This document shows, one piece after another, positions 28,301 to 41,600 of a DNA stretch of 64,000 bases. The notes beneath the pieces are model-generated. The model was given only the letters and a program-made list of their open reading frames with translations, did not search any database and had not been told where the DNA came from. The position numbers were made by a program, and so were the translations under genes. This DNA comes from Vicugna vicugna. Lineage: Eukaryota. The stretch spans positions 2,046,001-2,110,000 of the forward strand of contig MU058718.1 of the NCBI GenBank assembly GCA_013265495.1, given 5' to 3'. Each line of letters starts with the position of its first letter. The first letter of the stretch is position 1.

Positions 28301-31300
28301 AATGAGAAAGGCAAATTAAAACTACACAAGATACCATTTTTACTCCAGGAGAAACTTTTCAGTATACATTCTTTTGAACCTTTAGAATTCCCCATAATGT
28401 GCATGAATTACTTATTTAAAATACTTTAAAGGAAGTTTATTCTTTAACTAGTGTATTGTATGACCCATCTTTATGAAACAGGTATGTATAGAAGAAAAAT
28501 CTGATATAATAAAATCAACTTGAAATAAAAATTACATGTTTATTACCCTTAACATTTTTATAAATTATAGCAACAATTCTTACCTAAATAATTGTTGAAA
28601 GTTGGGTTTAATAAAGTTTGCTTCAATATTTTGTCTTATACACATTATATGAGTTATTCCATGTTTCTGTAGTATAGGTAGCTACAAAAAAAAAAAAGAG
28701 GTAAACAGGAAAGAGAAATAGTTTAAAATACAAAATATCACCTTACTGCAGCATTGATATTTGAAATACAAAGGATTCAACTTTAGAATTACTATTGCTA
28801 CATCCAAGCCTTAAGTACAGGAGATTAAAACTAATTGTATAAGTGATCAGCGAAATATTTCAATGACTCAAGATTACTACACTTCATGTCCTTAAAAGGC
28901 CAATAGGATTATTTTACATCTCTGATTTCAGAGTTTAATATGATCTTAAAGATAATTTATTTGGGGAACGATATACTTTCATTATATACCTTTTTGTACC
29001 CTTTCACCTTTCTTATCATGTGTAACGTACTTTTATTACTTATTATATTTATATATTGCTATTTATTTATAATACCATCATGGTTAAAGGCATGGGTTTT
29101 GAAGTCATGAGGGCCCAAGCTCTAATCTGAGCTCTGCTAATGACCACTGTGGCTCAGTTTTCTCACATGAAAATGAGGGAAACACCACCTATTCACTGAG
29201 TGGTTGTAAAAACTACATGAGATAATACAGTGCCCGGGACACACGGCAATTGTTTTTAGTAAATGGCAGTTACATATACTGACAACAATTTTTATTTTTT
29301 AGAGAGGACTATGACATGAACAGTTGTTCAACATCACTGACCTAATTAATAGCAGTACCAGAGCCCAAAATCTCTAGACTGCTCCCTGCCTCTTCCAGTA
29401 CAATTTTTCTACTGTAAGTTGAAATTAATATATACAAGTCACAAAATCTAATTAATTTTTTAGGGTTTAAAAATTCTTCTAAAGTTAAAACTGGCAACTC
29501 CAAATGATATATTCTGTGGTGCTTTTTTTGCTCTGTATTTGAATCAATTTAACATGACAACTCTAGAAGCTATCAAATATTTATTTGCAAGTGATACAGC
29601 TTTCAGTGAATTTATGGATAACATGTTACTTTAAGAGTTAGAATATAAATTCCAAGAGAGTAAGAACTTTGTAAACTGATTTATGTTAAGTATGCATAAA
29701 CCAGTGCCTGGAACACAGTAGCTGTTCAATAATTATCTGTTCAATAAATGAATGAAGAAATCATGCTGGCATGACAAATCAGAATACAGTATTTTTCTAC
29801 AATATTGTCAGTTTATAATCCTATAAATTTAATTCCTTTTCTATATTGTCAGTTTATAATCTACAATATTGTCAGTTTATAATCCTATACATTTAATTCC
29901 TTTTCTATATTAAGTGGTCCAGAACAGCAATACTAATAATTCACCAGAGAATTCAAAGGATAGTTTTTATCTGTTATGGACTGAATGTCTGTGTCCTAAA
30001 ACTCCTATGTTAAAGCCCTAACTCCATGGTAATGGTGTTGGTTGGTGAGGCTGTTGGAAGGTAATTAGATTTAGATGCAGCCATGAGGGTAAAGCACCCA
30101 TGGTGGAATTACAGTGCACTTGTAAGGGGAGAAAGACACATCAGAGCCTCCTCTCTCTGCCATGTGAGGATGCAGCAAGAAGGCAGTAAGCCGTGAAGAG
30201 GGCCCTCACCAAACCCAGCCATGCCAGCACCTGACCTCAGACTCCAGCCTCAAGGACTGCGGGAAACAGGTGTCCTCTGAAGCCATCCAGCCTATGGTGT
30301 TTTATTACAGCAGCTGGAGCTAAGAAAATGTGGTTTTTAAATGTTAATTTCTGCAGCAAAGTTTACTATGTCTTGCACAGATTAGAGTTTAGTTGTCTTT
30401 GTATTTCCTGAGTACATCCTGAGATAGGGGAAGGCAGGTAAGCATTTAGTAGGATTAATAATTAATGTTTCATATTCACATTTATGGAACTTCAGAAGTG
30501 CATTCAACACTCACTCCTCTGTTTATACTTGATCTATGATATGTGAAGAAGTTTTCATATCTACTTTCTTAATGTGAGAAGCTAGCAGAAGACATACATA
30601 ATTAGGGATAAAAACCTGTTTCAACAAGCTTTGAAGGCACATTACATTACTATTACTATGTAAAAACAAACAAGATAGAACCCAAAAGTAATAGCACACA
30701 CAATATTTTTCACTTTTCAGCAGATTTTCACTTAGACAAAGCCAATTATGACCTTATCTCATACCTAAAAACCACAGAAAACTTTCACAAAAAGAAATAG
30801 TTCGCCACTTACAGAGCCTAAATTTGTCCCTTTTATTGAAACTGGATTTTAATGTAATAAAAGATAGGCTTAACTAAATGAGTATTATTCCCTAAGGTTT
30901 CTTTATCACCATTATTATGTTGCTGTTGTTGATACTGTTTGGATGATGATATGAAAAGAAATACGGGCTATACGATGGTAACTCACAGTGGGAAATAATC
31001 AAATTTTGCCATAGAAGCTTTTCTTCAGTCTAATGAGACCATGGTGAAATTAGGGGGAAGAGGTTTTGAGAAGTTGAACTATAAACAAATACTTAAAAAT
31101 TAACATGAGAAATAGTGTAACAAGTGTATTTATAAAGTGCAGTGAGAATACAAAAAGCAAACAATGTAAAACCACCTTGAAGGCCAGTATTTGTGAATGT
31201 CACACTATTCAGGCAGTAACTTTTATGTTTATCTTTTACAAAGCAAGTCACAGTTAAGTCTATAGTTATCTACCCTATCCTTTCCTTAGTACTTATTTAT

Positions 31301-34300
31301 ATATATATACTTTTTACCAACACCCCATCTTTCCAGCCTAGCTGTAAGCTATCAAAATGACTAGGGCTACTTAGATATACCTCAACAGTAAAAAGCCTTC
31401 CAGTTCCAAAAAGAATGACATTAACTTTAAAAAAAACTTCCAACTACCTAATATTTATAAATATATAAAATTCCATCAGAAAAGTTTTAAATTCTACAGT
31501 TTTTATAAAATCTACTGCAGTTAAGTATTATATACAAGAATACTAACTTCTAAATAGGCAGGACATTGGGGAGAACATTTTTGATATAATGTTTCACATT
31601 ATACTTCAAAGAGAATTAGTACCATTGTCATAATTCACAGGGCTGAATCCTTTAGGAAGTAGCAACAAGACTGCTACATATATTTAAATAAGATCTACAC
31701 TTTTAACTATGTTAATACATAACTTACTGAAGAAATATATTTCAGTTTAACTATATAGGACATCTATAATATATAGTACAATACTTTACAACCTGGATCA
31801 TCTAGACTTCTAAAGTTTGGAAAAACAGAAACAAGATTTGAGTCGCTTCAGTTAAAATACGTCGGTGTGTATGAATGCATCCGTGTGCTCCCTCAATTTC
31901 TCTCTCTCTCTCACACACACACTCACACACACACTCTCTCTCTCTCTCACTCTTGATAAGGTAAGGTTAACTAAAGTTAAATACCTTATTTTGTGATTTT
32001 ATTGTATCTCATTTTTTTTTCAGAAGCTATGATTAACAATTACAGATGTCTAATATTTTAGAGGATAAATAAATTATTAATGGTCAATTTTAAATACACG
32101 GATTTCATAAGAAAAGTAAAAGTAAAACTCATTTGTGATTTGTGGTGAAACACTGGAGAGTCACTGGTCCAGTAAAATTTGGAAAAAATAAGATACCGCA
32201 GAGTGACAATTACTGTTAACATGCAATATTAGTGGACCCTCCCTCAAATAAAACTCTACTAAAAAAAATTTACTCCAAATAGTTGGTCAATAAAGTCTCT
32301 TGATGAACCTAATCTAAAGTTCATACCTTGCTTTTCATAGCAGAAGAATATGGGCCTAAAAACAGTCCAGGTAAAATTTCCTAGGGGAAAAAAATTGAGA
32401 TATTTACCATCAGCAATTTATACAAAATATGTACCATATAAGTGGATTTGTGAAGTGTTTTCATACTTATAACAATTTCCTAAAAAGTTTGTCATTTAGT
32501 GAGTATTTTCTAGCCATACTGAGCAAATGATTGGGAGGAGAAATGCAGATGTGTTTTACATAATCAAATGACACTTTAAAAGTTTAAATGCAGTTCTGAA
32601 AAGTCTGGTATTTGAATTTCCATAGTGCTTTTTATAGGTAGTTTAGGTAGAATTTGTACACTGTATTTTTGTCCTTTAGATTAATAAAACATCTCTAATT
32701 TTACTCTATTCCCTGCCAGAGTCTAGAAATAAAATAAGTATTAAAAAATCATCCCTTTGGAATTACACAAAACCTTATCAGTCAAATTGAAAGTAGCACA
32801 AGATAAAACAAGATTACAACTGTTACCTATGTAAAGTATTATTGCAAAGTTTAAAAAAAAAAGACTGCTGAAATTGAGTTTCGTAAGTTGAATCAATACT
32901 TTCTGAAAGATGAATTAAATTTTATTCTGTGTGAATTCAATATAGAAAACTTTCAGTTGAGCAGTATTATACCCTATATACTAATATAGTGTAATTTGGT
33001 AGTGCACTTCCATGGGCTATCATAATCTTGTGTGTATGGGTCTGATTTCTCCTAACAGCTTCTTGTGGGCAGAAACTAAATTTTACTCATATTTGCATTT
33101 CCCATAGCACCAAGTAAAATGATTAACCACAGGTAATCATATATTTTTTAAAAGTGAATGTTCACTAAGAGAGCAAGGAAACAGATTTTTAGAACTCAAG
33201 GGATTCCCAAGAAGGGGAGACACTGCTTGTTCTTGGGGCAGCAGAGTTGAAATGTAAAAGAAATGCAAAAGAAAAAGGTACTGCTATGTGGATTAGCTAT
33301 CACTAATTCATTCATTCCATACAATGAGTATTCAACTCAATCTTCTGGAGAACTTTATTATGAAAGTTGACTAGAAATCAGACACAAAGATGAACAATTT
33401 GTCAAAGGGTGATTTGCTTTACAATCAACTATCTTGAGTTTATATAAATTAGACAAGCACAGAAAGCAAAGTGCTTTCAGAAAGAATACAAATATTGTAC
33501 CCAATTTTTCAGATGAAGAAAAACAAAGTGACTCATTAAGCACACACATATTATTACTATCTCTATGGTTCTAGCCTAAGAAATTTCCCATCTTTTTAAG
33601 AGCCATGAGTAACTTTAAATATGTTAACATTTCAAATACTCAGTGAGGAACCTACAGATCATGAGTCAGTAAGACTCAAATCCTTTGTGAAATCAGGTTG
33701 AATTCTTTAATAATGATAATAACAATAATACAGGTTGGCTTGAATAAACAAGAAGTTTGTCATACCTGCATCTCTCGTCTCATAGGGTAGGTCCACTCCT
33801 TAAAGATGGAAGGAAAACATAAGACAAGAAGTAAATAACATTATGAAAACTATCACCCAATTAAAGCTTAAAGATGTGATATACAAGTCTATGGATTTTT
33901 AAAGCATATATTATACTTAAAGAATATTCTACAAAAATAGCAGATTCAATTGACTTCACAAACAACTGAAAATTTAAATGACAAGAAACAATGATTAAGG
34001 TAATTCTTTAAATAACTGGGCTTCCAAAATTATAATTGTTATTTCGTACAATGGATGGAATAGCTCAATAATCATAAGAATAGATATTCCAGAATTTTCT
34101 CTTAAAAATGATCCTCTAAGTTAGAGATGTCACACAGACTTTTTGTCATTCATGCCAACTCTAACCAACTGGTGGAAGACAGCTAAAGCCCTGTGTGAAG
34201 AAAGACTTGGGAAGAAAAGAGTGCTATATGATCAATGAGCAATATCTGCAATGGATGAAAGAAGAATGGAATGTGATAGGTGTTTGCATTACTGATCCAA

Positions 34301-37300
34301 CTTACCAGATGCCTATCAAACAGCCTTTCCCATATCTTACTTAGGCTTTAGAGTCTGTCTAGTTCAAGTCCCTTTAAACATACACTTCACAAAAGTATAC
34401 AGTTCATTCCATCTTTGGAATGCAGACCAAGATAAAAAAGTTAGAAAGTAATACAAAATGCCAATAGCAAAAGACAGAAAATATTTTAAAAGTTAGAAAA
34501 AGAAAAAACAGTTACAGTGAATTGATACATGAAGAATCAAATATAGTACAGATAATCCTCATTTGTAAATGGCCTGCATTCCAAAAGCTTCTAACTTGGT
34601 TACTTAAAACTCAGAATTATAAATAGTAATTAGGTTTGTAAAGTTAAACTACACAAAGTTTTTTTTAAAAACTTTTTATTTTGAAATAATTTTAGAATTA
34701 CAGAAAAGTTGTAAAAATAATACAAGGAATTCCCTTTACCCTCCATCCAGATTCCCTAAGTCAGAAAAGTATTTTTAACACATCAGTTAGAAATGTTATA
34801 CTCTGTAAAGGAAAGAGAGAATAATACTCCTACAATCACAGTCAGTATTTTTTCAATAGAGAAATAAAATACATTTTTTGTTTTTAATCTTGAAAACTGG
34901 TCTAGTAATGAGTAGAGGTAGACTATTAAACCTGAGAAATCATCTACGTAATGACTGTTAAAGTATATTTTTAAAAGTATCTTTAAATGCACAGCTGAAC
35001 TAACAAGTGAGGGAAATCCCCAGATAGACACACTCACAAACACAAGAAAGCATAAACCTAGAAAAGGGACTGAGCGCTGAAACAGAGCATCTGATCTTTT
35101 CATGGCCTATTTCTTTCTGTTCTTTCAAAATGGAGATATAAAAGAACTTATAATGAGGTGTTAAAATGCCCAAATCTAAATGCAGAGCTCAATGAATTTT
35201 CACAAACATACACACCCACATAATCACCACTCATCAAGATTTCCATCATCCCAGAAAGTTCTCTCACTCCTCTTCTCAATCACTATCTCCTCTTTTCAGA
35301 GGTAACCACTGAATTCTATCACTACAGATTTTAGTTTTGCCCATTCTAAAACTTCATGTAACTGGAATCATACAGCAGTACTATTTTACATCTGGTTTAT
35401 GTCACTCAATCTAATGTCTGTGAGATTCATCCATGTTATTGTGTATGTCAGTAGTTTGTCCCCTTTTATTGCTGTGTGGTATAATACTAAGTAAATATTA
35501 CACCATTTACTCATTCTCCTATTGGTGGAGCTTTAAGTAGCTTCCAGGTTTTGGCAATTATGAATAAAGGTGCTATGAGAATTCTTTTGTATGCCCTTTG
35601 GTGGACATATGCATTCATTTCTCTTGGATATATAAGTGATATATAAGTGGCAATGGAGTAAATTTTCCAAAACAAATTTACACTCCCACAAGCAAATGTA
35701 TGGGAGTTCTAGTTGTGCCACATCTTCACCATGGTCTTATTTTAAATGGCACTGTACATGAAACAAACCCTAGGACCTGCTCAAAGTGGGAAATCAGATC
35801 ACAACCAAAAAGCTGGGATCCCAAAAGGCAACACCTTCAATGAAAGATAAACTGGAGTGGGGCATGGGGAACTCACTTCATTCTCATAAAAATGAATACT
35901 CTTGCCTTTCTTAGCTTTGGTTCGGAGTAGGTGGTAGTGGTAGTAGTGGGGTGGGGTCTTCATAACTACAATCTGGCCTTCACTCAAGTTTGGCATTGGA
36001 ATTCAATTATCTTTGTGAGGCCAAGTAAAACTTCAATGTCAAGTGGTCCTGGGTAGATAGTGTCCATGGGTTCCTAGGAGAAACAGATGCATTTTCTCTC
36101 TGGAGGAACATACTCTAAATCTAGATCAGAAATAATTCAAACTAATAAATTCCAATGAACTCACAATAAAAAAATTCAGTTTAAAAAAAAGAGGAAATAA
36201 GCCACTATGAAAAGCAGACACAACTGAATCCCATACACAAAGACTGCAGATATTAACAACAGCAATGAAAAACATAACACATTTAATATAAAGAAATAAG
36301 AGTAATAAAAGTATAACCAAAAATTAAGAAACTAATTTTTAAGAGCGCCAAAAGGAATATGTAGAAATCAAAAAGTACAATGGAAATGAAAAATCAGCAG
36401 ATAGGCTAAACAGAAGAAAGGACACAGCTAAAGAGAGAATTTGTGAACTGGAAAACAGAACTAATGAAATGATCTAATTTCAGAGTTAGAAAATATAAGC
36501 AGTTAACAGACATGTAAGATAGAATTAAATGGTCTAAAATCCACAGAAACTAAATTCCAGAAGGAAGGGTGAGAAAATAAAGGAGAGATATTAATGAGAA
36601 TTTTCCAAAACTGGTTAAAGACACTATACCTCAGAAACAGGTAGCCCAATAAATCCCAAGCAGGAGAAGGGAAAGAAATGAACAGGTAAAGAGTGAAACA
36701 GTAGCAAATCAAACACAGAAAGAAGAATTTCTTTTTCCAGACTAAAAGCAAGTATAAGAATGGAAAAAAATCAAGGCCAGAAGATCTACACATATGCAAT
36801 TACTTTTCCTGAAAGACATTAAGGCAATTCAATAGAGAAAGAAAAGTCTTTCAATAAGCAGTGCTAGAACAACTGGATGAATGATGGGAAAATAAAATGA
36901 ATTTGGATCCTGACCATACAAGGTGCACATGTGCATGCACACACACACCTCATCTCTCTTATTCCTGTATCTATTTCCAACACTTGATGACAGTGCCTGG
37001 TACAGAACAGGCACTCAATAAATAACTATTGAATGAATGAAAAAAAGTGTGTGTGTATAAACATAAATGCAAAAATGATCTAACTTCCAAAAGAAAACAT
37101 AGGAGAGTATCTTTGCAACCTTGGAAAAAGCAAAGATGTCTCAAAGAGGGCAAAAAGGTACTAAGCATAAAGGAAAAATAATTCAGTAAATTCAATTTCA
37201 TGAAAATTAAAAACTTCTGCTCAGTTAAATACACTACTAAGAAAATGAAAGATCAAGCAACAAACTGAAAGAAAATATCTGTGTAATACATATATCCAAC

Positions 37301-38547
37301 AAAGGACTTGTATCCAAAATACAATACACATCAACAATAAAATGATAACCTAATTTTTTAAGTGGGCAAAGACATCTCATTATAGAAGACATTTAAATAG
37401 CCAAAAGCACACGAAAAAGTGCTCAACATCATTAGTCCTTAGGGAAATTCAAATTAAAACCACGAGATACCACTACATACCCACTAATGACTAAAGTAAA
37501 CAAATGACAACACTGAATGTTAGTGAAGATGTAGAGCAACTGGGACTCTTAAACATTGCTGATGGGAGTATAAAATGAAATGTTAATCATACACCTACCC
37601 TATTAATTAGCAATTCCACTACTAGGATTTACCAAAGAGAAATGAAAACATATGTCTACAAAAAGACTTGAACAAAAATATTCAAAGCAGCTTTACTTAT
37701 CATAACCCCAAATAACCCAAATGTCTATCCACAGTATAGTCATACAATGAAATAATATTCAGCAATAAAAAAGAATCAACTATTTACAAATACCATACAG
37801 ATGAATTTCCCAGATACTGTGTTAAGGGAAAAAAGCCATAAACAAAACAGTCCACTTTGCATGATTCCACCTATAAGTTCAAGAACAGATAAAACTATAG
37901 TTAAAGAAATCATCACGTTCATTGCCTAATGCAGGGTTGGGTAGGGGCTGCCTGGAAATAGACATGAGATAACTTTCTGTGTTGGTAGACACGGTCTGTA
38001 TCTTAATAGAGGCACTACTTATACTGGTGATTATATTTATAAAAACTCACTGAACTGTACACTTAATATCTGTGCATCACACTCTCTGTAAATTTTATCT
38101 CTATATAAAAAGAGAGCATCCAGACAAAAAAGACAGATTATCTAAAAAGGACAGAATCAGACTGACTTTGACTTCTCAACTACAAGAATGGAAGGCCAGA
38201 TGACAGAGGAATAATACATTCAAAGTGGTAAAATAAATAATTGTTAGTCTAGGATGTATGTTGAGAAAATCATCTTTCAAGGACAAGAGTGAAATAAAAG
38301 ACAACTCCATACAAACAAATAAAAAAAGAGTTTACTACCAGCAAGCCCTTATTAAAGGAACTTCTAAAAGATGTTTTTTTGAAGAAATGGTACTATTATT
38401 GTCTCTATTTTACATTTCTATTTTAGGCACAGAGAGCCTACAGAACCTGACTTGAAGTTCAGGTAGTCTGATTCTAGACTCGTCTCTCAATGTAAGAAGG
38501 AACTATACGGCAAAACTATAGTTTACATTTAAACAAATATTGATGGC

Positions 38548-38618
<71 letters not shown>

Positions 38619-41600
38619 TTTGTGGAGATTAACAGACTAGAAAAAAACATATAGTTCACAAGCCAGTAGAGAGGAAAATGTAATCAAATTATACAAACTG
38701 AATGTTTACCTGCTTCTTTAACTTACCAATCAGTATGTTATAACCTTTTTACACTGAAGATTTTATAGGGAAGTTAGGCCAAAAACTGTCATTTTAATCT
38801 CAGAACCCCTAAAGTTGAGTACAAAGCCTGCCATGGAATAAGCACTGTAGAGATCCATGGCACTAGATTCTATGGATATTATTTCTTTCTCTTTTCTTTC
38901 TTTTTTAAAAAGAGATTCTCTAATAGTCTAATAGCCAGCCTTGTCTTCCTGAAACTTGTCTGAGTTATGAGAAAGTGATTAAAGAAATGTGTACTTTCGA
39001 GTTTACCTCAAATGAAATCTCTACATTATGTGTGATAAAAGAAGAAAAACAGAGGAACATAAATAGGGAATTGGTGTACATAAATTCCAGGGAATACTAG
39101 GCAGTACGTCAGAAGACACTTAAAGCTACAGAATAAACTTGTGCTTCTTTCTGGTGCATCAATTTTACTAGATTTTTTTTTCTGGAGAAATAAAGTATTT
39201 TCATTGACTACTAATTTAAAACACTTCTATTAAAACAAACATGAACATATGGAATAGAATGCAAAATTTACATGAATTTTTAAGTGAAACAAGAGGCTTC
39301 ACATAAATGTTGAGCTTCCCATAAGGTTACATGCAATAGAACATGTATGCTGTATTTACATAAGAGATATTACAGGAGTAAAAAGCAAGCTATATAGAAG
39401 AGAATGAAAAATTACTCCTATTCACAGGACAGATAAGCATGCAGCCAGTCTACTTTAGTGAGCGTGACTTGCTGTTATAGGTATGGACCCTTTGAAACCT
39501 AGAAAGCTTTCTCTCGTAGAAAATATCATTTCGAACATTTCCTGGTGCTGGCATCAGACCTTAATCTCAAGAGTCTACCCTCTTTGTTTATCTAGCCCTG
39601 ATTATTACCTACAGAATAAATCTTAAACCAGCCCTGTCTACCAATTCTGCCTTTCGCGTACTCAATCAAGATTTTGAAAGTCATTCGTGCTGTCTTCCTC
39701 TACCATTTTTCTGTCTGAACATGTCTAATAACCAAGTCTTGACTGTAACACACTCAATCTTAATCTTAGCCTGCCCACACTGTTTCTAAAATCCATCACT
39801 TTAGAGATGGCAGTATTTGGGGCAGACTCCCATTATAACTGCCAATGATCTATTGTGAATTACTACTGTAGATAATTAGTAGAATCTCCCAAACTTTGAT
39901 GATTAGCCAAGCAATCCAACTATATTTTTCAAACCAAAACAAACCATCTAAGCCAAAATAACCTTTATCGTGAAACACAACATGCTTCTGATAGAAATTA
40001 ATTCACAAGTGAAAATCCTTCAATCATCAATATGACCTAAAAGGTATCACATATTAGAACATCTTTCAGGCTCTCTTTCCTTCTTAAGCAAATGCAGTTT
40101 ACATGATACGTAAAACTGCACTTAGGGGACAGAAAAAAATGTTATAAAAAGGTTCAAAGAACAATAAATAAATAAACAAATAAATGCACCAAAGGATACA
40201 GGTTGTAATCATTAGATAAATAAAAACCACACAGGTGCACCTATCATCAGATAGATCAGGCTGGCTGAAACATGTAATTTTTAGAAATAAAAAGTTTTTT
40301 TTATTTAGGTGGGAGGAGCTCAGGAAAAAAGAATCATCAGAATTTTATACCTGAGCTGGGACACTTCACAAAACAGAAGAGTACAGTTTCTTTCCTCCAA
40401 AAAAAGACAGTCCTCTGTGGAATAAGCTCTGTCCTTTAGTTCCCACTCTGAGCTCAAGTTTTGCTTAAACCAAAGGACCAAAGGAGATTTTCGCTCTAAA
40501 AGTGAGAGAATTGGGGGGATATGGAGAAGCAGAGGGGTATTTAAGTAAGATGCTTCTAAATAAGTTATTTCAAAACCTAGCTGCCATTAGAATTATCTAG
40601 CTCCACCTTAGACCAATTAAATCAGAATAGGTGCCCAGGCATGGTTATTTTCTAACCATGGGCGATTCTACTCTACAGTCAGGTTAAAAAAGCACCATTC
40701 TAAATTTAAAGGAGCTAGAAGAGGGACACTCAGTCAGACACATTAAGCAACTCCGATTTTTGATTCATTAAGCAACTCCAATTTTTGATTCTGTACTAAG
40801 AGAATCAAAAGAGAAAAGAGTATAGAATGGGTGACATTTAAGTAGCCAAAATGCAACAGAAATAAATTATATTTCACTTTCTATCTGAATACAAGATAAA
40901 ATATTAATTTTTGAATTATAAAACCATTAGGCTAACTATGCAACTAATTTGTTTAAAATCTGTTACTGTAAGCTGCTATTTTTTTCTTCACATGTTTAAA
41001 AAAACTACTGTAATCTTGTCACAAGACTCTACTATCAAAACCAATCAAGATTCTTTCATTAATTCAAAAAACAACCACCAAGCTTACGGTATACATCAGA
41101 CACTCAAATGAAAGAAACAGTGGCAAGTAAGACAGGACTTTCACGGTGATTAAGCTCCCTTGTGAAACTTTCAGGCTATTGTGGAAAATAGACTTTGACC
41201 AAAAAAAGTGTACTGTTATAAAGATAGGTATAGAAGTAAAAGTACCAAGTGCTACAGAGCTTTACAAACCTGGGGGATTAAACTAGTCTGGAGAATGGAA
41301 GAGGGGACAGAAGGAACTGGCAAAATCAGGGAGAGCTTCTCTGAAGAAATGCCTTAAGTGAGATCTAACCCAAGAGCAAGTAGTTAATTAGGTGAGGGCA
41401 AGGGGAATGCTGGTGGTCACGGCAGGGGAAAACAGTAACACAAAGGTCCTGAGGTAAGGGGGGAAGGCTAAAGCATTCTAGAAAATGAGAGAAGATGAAT
41501 ATGGATAAGGAATATAGAGAATGGAGCAAGGGGAAGGGTAGCTCATTATGAGATTAGAGAGGCAGGCGGATGCCAGTTCACAGGACCATGTAGTGACGTT

